A DNA stretch of 64,000 nucleotides. It comes from Macrostomum lignano (taxonomy: Eukaryota). The stretch is taken from positions 196,026 through 260,025 of the forward strand of contig NIVC01001611.1 in the NCBI GenBank assembly GCA_002269645.1, read 5' to 3'. Below are positions 1-10,831 of this stretch, piece after piece. Both the position numbers and the translations under genes were made by a program. The notes beneath the pieces are model-generated. The model worked only from the letters and a program-made list of their open reading frames with translations. It had not been told where the DNA came from and made no database searches. Every line of letters begins with the position of its first letter. Positions within the stretch are counted from its first letter, which is position 1.

Positions 1-171
1 GGTTGCAAGTTGGCTAAATCAAGCAGCTTCAACCATAGACCACAAAGTGTGCTTTGTGCTGCAAAAACACTGTGGTGCTAGAAGAACCACAATAAGATGA
101 CTGCATATATAACCAGCAAGGCCAAATGCTGATGACAGAAGATTATTAAAACTCAGGATGGAATGGAATGT

Positions 172-965
172 TCATACACTAAGATGGTCACCTAAGGCTA
201 TCATCAACTCAATGCCTGCTGACAAGGCCAATTTAAGTGTGGATCTGATATTGCGACTAGCATGCCTAATCTCTAATTCAGAATCCAACTCTGAGTCACT
301 GCTCAAGTCACTGTCACTGTCACTAATATGCTGGCACCTATAGTCCAAAATACACCAAGAAACAGTGGTGGTTATGGCCAAATCAACGTCATTGTAGACA
401 CCCTGCTGTAGGTCAGTTAGGTTGGTAAACAGCAATGGCAGATGCTGCTGGATATTGTGATTTGCTGCAGTAGTTGATGCAAATGAATCAAGCTCTCTAT
501 CCATGTTCACGAGCTTGTATAATTGAGATAAAGCCATTTTTTGCTCTAGCTCTATAGACAGCCTTAAGATATCCTCGACCATGCTCCAGTCAGGCAGCTA
601 TAGATCCTGGCAGCATAGCAGAATGATTTCATCACTTCACTGAAGATCAGCAACTCAGTAACAAAAACCATGGATTGTAGGTAGGCTACAACTCTGCAGT
701 CTTTGCCAGACTGAGGCGTCTTATTTAGTGTTATCAGCCTAATTTGGAGCTCCGTTACAGTAGCCTGCACCATGGTAAAGCTTGATAAGACAAAACATGT
801 TTTGCTGAAAGCTTTTATCTTTCTAGTGCACCTGTCATGAATTTGTTTACCAACTTTTAAATGTTTGAATTGCCAAAAGCCCCTGCCTTTAGTGCATTGT
901 CTGTAGGTTTCAAGGCAATCAGAAGACAAAATCAGTCCACCACCTTCTAGTGGATCTACTTGCAC
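172..965 (-). pseudogene. Two overlapping minus-strand ORFs (133 and 136 aa), possibly one frameshifted or decayed coding sequence of unknown origin
   Basis: ORFs 564..965 and 172..582 overlap by 19 nt in different frames in non-repetitive, moderately GC sequence. No family recognised. Confidence 0.25.
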
Positions 966-2577
966 TCATTTTTGGTTTTTGAGCAGCCATGTGTAGCACA
1001 AAGTGTAGCACAAAATTGCAGGTGCATTGATGCTGCTGGCGGTACCTTCTTCTTTATGTTGGCCTTCAATTAGTGTCAGGAAGCTGTATTGCAATCGTTA
1101 TGGTATTGTTATGGTTACCTTATGGTAATTATCTTAGATGACAAGCTGTTCAGTCAATTGTAGGTTAAAGGTTAAAGCATGCCATTAAAATTTGCAATAA
1201 ACTAGATTAAAATTATTTTATATTTTTCTTTGAAACCTATTTGTCCAGTGTCTTAATAGACTTCATTTTTGCCCCTCAATTGGTGCTTTGTAATTGTGTC
1301 ATATTGCTATACTGCTATACTGCCTTTATATTCAGACTGTATATGGTCTGCTTCTTAAGCTAGTTGAACACAGATAGCATTAAGCTTTTCTGTTTTCTAA
1401 TTGACATTAATGCTGATTTTAGCAGTAAGATTAGTAATAATCTTTGAATAGACAGCTTCAAATAAGTCAATCTTATTAATAGGATAGATAGTAAAAGGCA
1501 CATAGGTAAATCTTTTGTCACTTGGAGAATAAAGAAGTAAATAAAGGCCTAACTTTCTTTATTAAATGCTAATATATCACCTAGGCACTGAAAAGGAAAT
1601 AAGGAAAAGAAAGTCATTAAAGTTTAACAAATTTTTTAAAGATGCAAAAAAGTACATGTAAGCTTGACTAAAGTATTTATTTGAATTGAGTAATAAAGGA
1701 ATAAAGAATTTATTTGACACATCAAATCATATAAATCATGTACTTATATATAATATATAAGTATATATTACCACTATATATATTGTCATATACATATCAT
1801 AGGAAAGATTAAATCCTAGCACTGCTAACAGCCTAGAATGTTCCCTTTATTATATATAAAGCCTACTCATAGTCATAGACAATATCTTATATAAAATATA
1901 TGCAGTACCATAATACCCATAATAACCAACCATAATAGCCCTATATACCAAAACTTTCTCCTAGCCATTTTCTTTTCAGAAAGCCAATTTTTTGTTTGCA
2001 TAAAATTTTAACAAATACTTTTTTTTCCTTTTCTATTTTGCTAAAATTATATAAAATATAATTATATAAAATTGAATTTATTTATGAGAATTGAAATTTT
2101 CCTATAACTGTCACTAATTTAATCTAAAAAAAATTTGAAGCTACAGTTAATTAATATACTTAACAAATACAGAAAAATATAATTAAAAAAGATATTAGAA
2201 TAAAACAAAGACTAAGTAGATTTTTTTATGTGAAATGGAAATTTTATTTTTATAGGATTTTTTATAGTGTATAATACAGCACCATTGTAAGAAAAAAATT
2301 AAAGATTTCATCTAAAATAAAAAATCCTCAGAAGAAATTTCATCCAAGCCTTGAAGTTTATTTAAATTTCCTCATAGAGGGTCCCTTCAGTCTGGCAACA
2401 TATCTACAAACTTGTGTGGCAATGCCGCTTTAGGAGAAAACAGAAAAAAACTTGCGTTAAGTAATTAATAAGCAGCATTAAATAGTTGAATCCAGAGTGA
2501 GAAAAGATTGAAATTGCATGCAGAGCAGAGTAAACCCTGGGTGACTGTGTGCCTCAATGTGCCATACCCGATTTCAG

Positions 2578-5500
2578 GCCAAGCCAAAGTCAGCTGACCA
2601 ATCAAACAAAGCCGGCAAATCTTTAAAGGCCAAAGCCAAATTGGCCAAAGGTTCGTCTGGCAATGGCGTTTCTAAGAAACGCCGGCACTGGAAACAGCCG
2701 CCATCAGACAGAGGCGTTGACGAAGCTCTGGCTTTGTCTGTTGACGCCAAGTCAGTTGCTAAGCAACTGCGATCGACTGATAGGCCGCCATCCAGGGCCA
2801 CCCTGCGACTGGCCACCGCCTGTCTGATGCAGTGCGTCAGGCATGTGAATAAAGAGCCGCGTGCCTTTAATAGCATTGTGCGTGCCTGTCTGCGGCACTG
2901 GGTTCGCGCCGCTGACTCTGTGCTTGGACGTATTGCTAATGATAATGATGCTGGCGATGAGCAAGAGCGAGATGATGAAGACGAAGACGCTGGATTGCGG
3001 GTATTTAATTTTCTGTTTATCACTTTTAAGCTTAAAGATAAAAAACAAATATTTTTTTCGATGAGATACTACTCGCCACTATACTTTCACAAGTATCATT
3101 ATTTTACCTAAAAATCTGCTTAATTAGAATCACTGATTGCCCTGAGAATCTGCTCCATCAGAATCACTGATTGTCCTGAGAATCTGCTCCATCAGAATCA
3201 CTGATCACCCTGAGAATCTGCTCCATTAGAATCACTGATTGCCCTGAGAATCTGCTCCATTAGAATCACTGATTGCCCTGAGAATCTGCTCCATCAGAAT
3301 CACGGATTGCCCTGAGAATCTGCTCCATCAGAATCACGGATTGCCCTGAGAATCTGCTCCATCAGAATCACGGATTGCCCTGAGAATCTGCTCCATCAGA
3401 ATCACTGATCACCCTGAGAATCTGCTCCATTAGAATCACTGATCACCCTGAGAATCTGCTCCATCAGAATCACGGATTGCCCTGAGAATCTGCTCCATCA
3501 GAATCACTGATCACCCTGAGAATCTGCTCCATTAGAATCACTGATTGCCCTGAGAATCTGCTCCATTAGAATGACTGATTGCCCTGAGAATCTGCTCCAT
3601 TAGAATCACTGATTGCCCTGAGAATCTGCTCCATCAGAATCACTGATCACCCTGAGAATCTGCTCCATTAGAATCACTGATTGCCCTGAGAATCTGCTCC
3701 ATTAGAATGACTGATTGCCCTGAGAATCTGCTCCATTAGAATCACTGATTGCCCTGAGAATCTGCTCCATTAGAATCACTGATTGCCCTGAGAATCTGCT
3801 CCATTAGAATGACTGATTGCCCTGAGAATCTGCTCCATTAGAATCACTGATCACCCTGAGAATCTGCTCCATCAGAATCACGGATTGCCCTGAGAATCTG
3901 CTCCATCAGAATCACTGATCACCCTGAGAATCTGCTCCATTAGAATCACTGATCACCCTGAGAATCTGCTCCATTAGAATCACACAAACTATTCCTATCC
4001 CCTACAGACTCCTTCATCCTATCCGAGATGGGAGAAGATTCGCGTCACCTGCAAGCAGTACCTGAACTGCGTATTGCTACTGTTAGACAAGCTCAGAGAT
4101 CAGGAAGCTGTACGCGCCATCGCGCAGCACTGCCTACCATTGCTGCCCTACTTTCTGTGTCTGCCTCGCACTCTGAAGCCGCTATTAAAATCTTTGATTA
4201 GCCGCTGGAGTCAAGGCCCGGCTCCCATCACTGTGCTAGCCTTTCTAGCCTGTCATCGAGTTGTTAAATCGAGAAAGTCTCTGTGCGAACAGGCCTGCAA
4301 ATGGATGCTAGCCAACTATTTGCAGTCGGCCAGGCTAGGCGACTCGGCATTAGCCGTGCTGCAACAGCGAACCCTTTGCGAGATGCTGTTATTGCAGCCT
4401 AATTTAGCTTATAAACTGGCATTTGTGCACCTGCGCCAGTGCGCCGCCGCTCTGGGACGAGAGTCGCAACAGGGCGGCACCGGGGAGAAGAGCGGCAGAA
4501 AAACAAAGACTACTAGTAGTAGCAGCGGGTCTTTGTTGCAAAAAGCGCCACTGTATGCCGGCCTGTGGCTATGGAGCCGGCTGGTGGCTGCTAGCGATGA
4601 GCTGACCAGTTTGGTAAGAGTCACTTTAGTATCCACCCTAAATCACTGCAAGAATCGCCCTAAATTGCTCCAAGAATCGCCCCTAAATCACTGCAAAAAT
4701 CCCCCTAAATCACTGCAAGAATCGCACCTGAATCACTGCAAGAATCGCCCCTAAATATCTATAAACATCGCCCCTAAACGAAGCAACAATCGGACGAACT
4801 CGCAGGTGTACCCGCTGACCCAAATACTGGAGGCTCTCTGTCGAACGCTGGCCGCTGCTCGCCACCTGCCGTTGCGGGTGCACTGCCTTCGAATGCTGCT
4901 GCACTTGGCCAGGCAGACCGGCGCCGCCACGGCGCTACTGCCTGGCGCTCTGGCGCTGCTCGATTTGGCAGATTTCAACAAAGGCGTCGCCAGTCGGGCC
5001 CTGAGCTTAGAAGGCATCACCAAGCTGAGCCAGTCGCAGCTGAAAAGCCCGTCTTTTCGAGCCGCCGTTTCGGACGTTGCCTACGAACTGCTGGCCGGCT
5101 GGGTTCGATCAGCCTGTCAGCTGACCGCCTTTCCTGAGCTCTGTCTGCCTTTAACTCGGCGATTGAAACGATTAGCAAAGGTTTGTACTGGCTTTGGGGA
5201 TGCTCTGATTTGCTGTTTGCATCTGATTGATTAGTAATTCTCTGATTGGCTGTAAGAATATGCGTAAATATAAGCTATTCTCTCATTGGCTGAAAGACAA
5301 ATAGCTATTCTCTCATTGGCTCGAAGGCCAATAACTTGCTATTCTCTCATTGGCTGGAAGGCAGCTATTTGCTGATTGGCTGAGAGACAATGCCAAATAT
5401 CCCACCCCCATATTCTTCTCTTAGGACTGCCGTTGCCGGGCAGTTGCTAAGCCGGCTGCCCAGCTCCTCCGTCTAACCATGGAAGCGGCCAGTTGGACCC

Positions 5501-5817
5501 GACAGCAGCGGGCCACAGTGCGCCCTATTGGCGGTGGCACCGACGTAGGCGGCATCCAAGAGGCCGACCGTCTGAACGGACGCAGCCCGTTCCAGGCCTA
5601 CTACCTGCGCTATCGCTCCATGCGCCGCGAAGAATTAGCCAGAGCTAGGCCTGGCGACGACCAGGAGGTGAACGGCGAAGACGAGGATAAAGAAGAGAAC
5701 GGCGAGAAGGAGCCCATGGAGGTCGCCGAGCTGCAGGATGAGGAAGAGGAGCCGGAGCTGTCGGATCTGCCCTCAACTGATGAGGAAGATGAGATAGGCG
5801 ATTATGAAGAGGACTAA
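2578..5817 (+). CDS. NOC2L: Nucleolar complex protein 2 homolog (NOC2L/Noc2), 4 coding exons
   Basis: join(2578..3000,4008..4613,4806..5180,5425..5817); all GT-AG, all phase 0. Translation follows Noc2 family motifs (RW..I/V...K.YL, VLAFL, LAYKLAFVHLRQ, VYPLTQIL, PLRVHCLR.L, FPEL.LP) and ends in an acidic tail. AATAAA at ~5880. The start is uncertain: in-frame ATG at 2557, or a splice acceptor at 2577/2578. Confidence 0.92.
3123..3982. repeat. 34-bp minisatellite (ATCAGAATCACTGATTGCCCTGAGAATCTGCTCC), ~25 copies, NOC2L intron
   Basis: Direct reading of tandem units. Confidence 0.95.
4636..4780. repeat. 22-bp minisatellite (TAAATCACTGCAAGAATCGCCC), NOC2L intron
   Basis: About 6 tandem units. 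Confidence 0.85.
5240..5390. repeat. Degenerate GCTATTCTCTCATTGGCT repeats, NOC2L intron
   Basis: Five ATTGGCT-containing units. Confidence 0.7.
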
Positions 5818-6031
5818 TAGGATAATTAAGACTTATGCTTCTTGTATTTGATCTGTCAACTGTGTTGCGTATATATGAGAATAAAACAAGCATTTGAACT
5901 GTTTGTTGTTGCATTGCTGCTACTGCTGCTGCTGCTATCATTGAAATTTGAAAGAACTCAAATTTGAGTTCTTTGGTTAAGGTCGAAATTCTACGATTCT
6001 TTTTCCCAGGTCCACCGCCCCACTCCCAGAC

Positions 6032-6696
6032 CCTCGTTGCTGGGCCAGCCTCCCAGATCCCCAGTTGCTGGGCCAGTCTCACGGATCCTCAGTTGCTAGG
6101 CCAGCCTCCCATATTCTCAGTTGCTGGGCCAGCCTCCCAGATCATCAGTTGCTGGGCCAGCCTCTCAGATCCTCACTCGGTTGCTGGGCCAGCCTCCCAG
6201 ATCCTCACTCGGTTGCTGGGCCAGCCTCCCAGAGTGTCAGTTGCCGGGCCAGCTTTCTAGATCCTCAGTTGCTGGGCCAGCCTCCCAGATCCTCAGTTGC
6301 TGGGCCAGCCTCCCAGATCCTCAGTTGCTGGGCGAGCCTCCCTGATCCTCAGTTGCTGGGCCAGCCTCCCAGATCCTCAGTTGCTGGGCCAGCCTCTCAG
6401 ATCCCCACTCGGTTGCTGGGCCAGCCTCCCAGATCTTCACTCGGTTGCTGGGCCAGCCTCCCAGAGTGTCAGTTGCCGGGCCAGCTTTCTAGATCCTCAG
6501 TTGCTGGGCCAGCCTCCCAGATCCTCAGTTGCTGGGCCAGCCTCCCAGATCCTCAGTTGCTGGGCCAGCCTCCCAGATCCTCAGTTGCTGGGCCAGCCTC
6601 TCAGATCCTCAGTTGCTGGGTCAGCCTCCCATATCCCCAGTTGCTGGGCCAGCCTCGCAGATCGTCAGCTGCTGGGTCAGCCTCCCAGATCCTCAG
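6032..6696. repeat. 28-30-bp GC-rich minisatellite (CTCAGTTGCTGGGCCAGCCTCCCAGATC) between convergent NOC2L and TMEM39
   Basis: About 23 tandem units; source of several spurious ORFs. Confidence 0.95.
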
Positions 6697-7055
6697 TATG
6701 GCCACTCAGCATGGCCACTGCCACAATCAATGGAATTTAACAAAGGCCAATTACAAGTCCTTTTCAGATACAGATTAGAAGCAAGCAATAAACGACGCTT
6801 CAATGTACAAGAGTTAATCTTATATTAATTCTAGCAAAACACTTAATGGTGCACATCAATTGAATATACTACATAAAGACATCAATTATAGATAGAAAGC
6901 TGCTTCAAATTTTAACGTATCCGCCACAGAAGGATCAATTAACGAAGAGATCAAGGAGTCAGTCGAGGCATCTGAAAACACACACTGATAAGGGATGAAT
7001 TGCACATCGAATTACAGGCCGCTACAGAAAACAAGCACGCTATCAGGTCAGTGAG

Positions 7056-9756
7056 TCAGTCGCCGTGGATCTCATCCTCCAGATCGGCATAGCAGCGCTT
7101 AAAGACCAGGCGGTTCCTAGTGAGCTTGTACAGCGACACGAGGTTAAACAGCATCATGATGGCCGAGGACAGCACCTTGTACCATTCGTGGCACTGCAGC
7201 AACACGGCAAACTGCAGCACCAGCAGCAGGGCGATGGCGCACTGCAGTCCGTCAGCCAGACGCATAGGGCTGTAGAAGAGGCTGTGGAATCTGGAGTGCA
7301 TGGAGTTGCCCGGCTCGGCGCTGTTGGTGATGCCCTCCGCTTTGAACAGGCCTTTCACGTGTTTCACCAAGGCGCCCTGCTGCCACACCTGAACAAATCG
7401 GAATTGCAAAAATTCGAATGCAGCTACTGAGAGTCAGATTTTGCTACTAAAATTGCCTGCCGGTGATTTTTGGGGGCGCCTGCTACAATGGGTTGCGCCA
7501 TCTACAGAGGGAGGCGCCAGCTAAAGAGGGAGGCGCCAGCAAAAGAGAGAGGCGCCAGCTACAGAGGGGGCGCCAGCTACAGAGAGAGGCGCCAGCTACA
7601 GAGGGGCGCCAGCTACAGAGAGAGGCGCCATCTACAGAGGGGCGCCAGCTACAGAGAGAGGCGCCAGCTACAGAGGGGCGCCAGCTACAGAGAGAGGCGC
7701 CATCTACAGAGGGGCGCCAGCTACAGAGGGAGGCGCCAGCTACAGAGGCAAAAGTTCAGCGCCCTATAAAAGGCGGATTAAATACCTTAGCGCAAAAACA
7801 ACGCCTCTCACCTGCAGCTCAGACCAGGGAATATACGGCACCTGGGCGCTGCCTCTACCCTCAACTCTGACCCAGCAGCCCAGATGCAGGGCGCAGCGAT
7901 GCAGGGTGTCAATCCGATGAGGCGGCAGATGATGCTGGGTGTAAAATAGGAAAGCAGAAGCCACAGTGACGGCTACGTGAACACCGCAGAACCAGGGCTC
8001 CAGGTAGATTGTGTTCTGCGAATAATTATTAAATTACATCTAAATCAGGAGACATAAGTTTACCATGCACATACATTACATTGGAATTATTGCTTATTAA
8101 ACACTTAAATTTGTTGGCCATTTGAAATTTTCTCCAATATAATGAGAATAAAAACGCGCCTAAGACACAATATAAAATACTACAGAGTTACAGTAATATG
8201 TAATTAAGCAGAATTTTATATTGCGGCAAAGCGATTTGTAATAAAAGCACTTCTGTAGAACTATTAATTAAATTATTTTATTCCAACGATTTCAAACTAA
8301 TTTAGAATTTGTTTTATCATGCACTCAGATTTATAGCTGAGAAATTCTATCCTGACTACTTTTAGTCTCATATTTATTTAAGTAGGACGTTAAAATCAAT
8401 AATTTGAAAGTATTATAGTCTCAGACACTTGAGTAAATAGATGTCACTCGCAATTACAGTTGTGAAAAAGCAGAGCGTCTATCTACTCTGTTAATAGCCC
8501 AATCTACGAGTAGCTCAGTTATTGAGAGAGCAGTAAGGAGAGAGATCAGTCAGAATAGTTCAGCCAATGAGAGAGCAGTAAAGATTAGATGACTTAGTCA
8601 GACAAACAAACGAGGCTGGCTCAGCCAATGAGTGAGCAGTAAGGAGAGAGATCTGTCCGAATAGTTCAGCCAATGAGAGAGCAGTAAGGATTAGATGACT
8701 TAGTCAGACGAACAAACGAGGCTGGCTCAGCCAATGAGAGAGCGGTGAGGAGAGAGATCAGTCAGACGGACGAAAATCCTTAGGGACCAGGCCCAATCTA
8801 GCTAAGCCAATGAGAGTTGTAAGGAGAGAGGTCAACGTTTGACGACAAATCTCGGTATTTAATTTTTTGTTGCAATGATCAATATTAAATTATTTTTAAT
8901 GTTATAAAGACAAAAACGTAAATTTAGCTAGCAAAAAAAGTGATAAGCGCATTTTTTGCCAGTATTTATACATATCTAACTGTTATATTATAGTGATTAT
9001 AATTTATAGCTGAGCATTGGACGTTAAAATTTCTTAGCAAAATCTATTATTTTTTTACAGAAATACAAACAAGTGGATTAGATAAGCCTGTGCAATGGTA
9101 CATGGTAGGCAAGATATTAGAGTAATAAGCACACGCTAATCTTATAAAGTGCACACACTTGTTTTCTTAGAAACAAATTGTAAGCTCAGTTTAGCAGAAA
9201 AGATGACAATCTTCTACGAACTAAGAAAGCACAGAGTGAAGTTATTAGAACGTCAAGGTTCAACCCACTTTAATTTAATCGCGCGGCTGACAATTTCTAT
9301 TAGCTTGTTAAATTGAATCCTAATTGAATAACCAATCGGACTTACCCAGCAATCGGTTTCACAATAGGCAGTTTGTATCTGGGAGCGAATTGAGCAGCGT
9401 ATGTGGGGGATTAAGCATTATTATTATCATAAGATTTGATAATGACCGATGACGCCAATTTTATGCTATCAGGTGACATTAGTAAAAATATTATACTACT
9501 AGCAGTAAGATATCAATATGGGAGACTTGACGAACAACAATTTAACCATAAGCCGGAATACTGCAAAATGTATTGCGAATGGATGGTTAGTAGAGACAGG
9601 AGAAGCTGCAGCTTGTAATCGTAAACAAAAGGGAAACAATATTCAAATGCCAACTGTACTACTGTAGTAATATCATCGAACAATGATTGTACATTTATCA
9701 AGTGTTAGCTGCCATATTCGATAAATCTGTCTGTCTGTTGTCTATCTCTATATCTG

Positions 9757-9811
<55 letters not shown>

Positions 9812-10595
9812 GTCTATCCATCTATCTATCTATCTGTCTATCAACGTGGAATATTTATTAAAACATAATATATAATATATGTACACTAAAAAATGCCTAA
9901 TAGTAATGAAAACAAAGCATTCGCAACCAAAACCATTGAATGCAACAAACCAAATAAACAGCAGTAATGGATGAACTTACAGAATACCGGATTCTACTAC
10001 CGTTGGCGGATAATTAAACGGTAAACCAAAGCCAGTGAAGCAACTCACCTGCACAAACAGCAGCGGCACAAAGGCCGAATGAAACGAGCTGAACAGGGTA
10101 GAGAACAGTATAATCTTCAATCGGCCATTGAAATCCGATTTCAACGCTTCGGTTTCGTCGCGGATTTTCTCCGGATCGCGAGAACAGCTGTGCCTGGGGC
10201 TGAAGCTGCCCTGGCCATTGGCGGCGGATTCTGAGCTTGATATGGCACCAGAAGCTGTGGCTGAGGACTTTTGATGCTGCGGAGTTGACCCACCGCCGCC
10301 GCTGAGCCAGTTACGGCTCAGCAAAGTGCCAGGCACGTGACCATAAAAGACCAGAGCGTAAGTGATGCAGCTGCAAGATAAACCGGGTGGCCAAGGTTTA
10401 TTAGTTAATATATACTCATTAAACCTCCCATATCACAGCTAGGTTTCTAGAAATATGCTTAGCAGCTTAGTCTGATTAGTGAAGTACTTGTATGTACATC
10501 TGTGCATTGCTTGATAACATTATATTAGTACTACTACTGTACTACTATTACCAATATTAATACTACCTACTACTACAATCATAACAACAACTACC

Positions 10596-10632
<37 letters not shown>

Positions 10633-10678
10633 ATACTACTACAACTAACTACTACTACTTATACTACTACTACAACTA

Positions 10679-10760
<82 letters not shown>

Positions 10761-10778
10761 ATACTACTACTACAACTA

Positions 10779-10831
<53 letters not shown>

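Noticed and set aside
2574-3048. Antisense and alternative-frame ORFs over real exons (also 4409-5023, 7065-7430, 27135-27437, 30004-30354, 48001-48372)
   Set aside because: Shadows of GC-rich coding exons.
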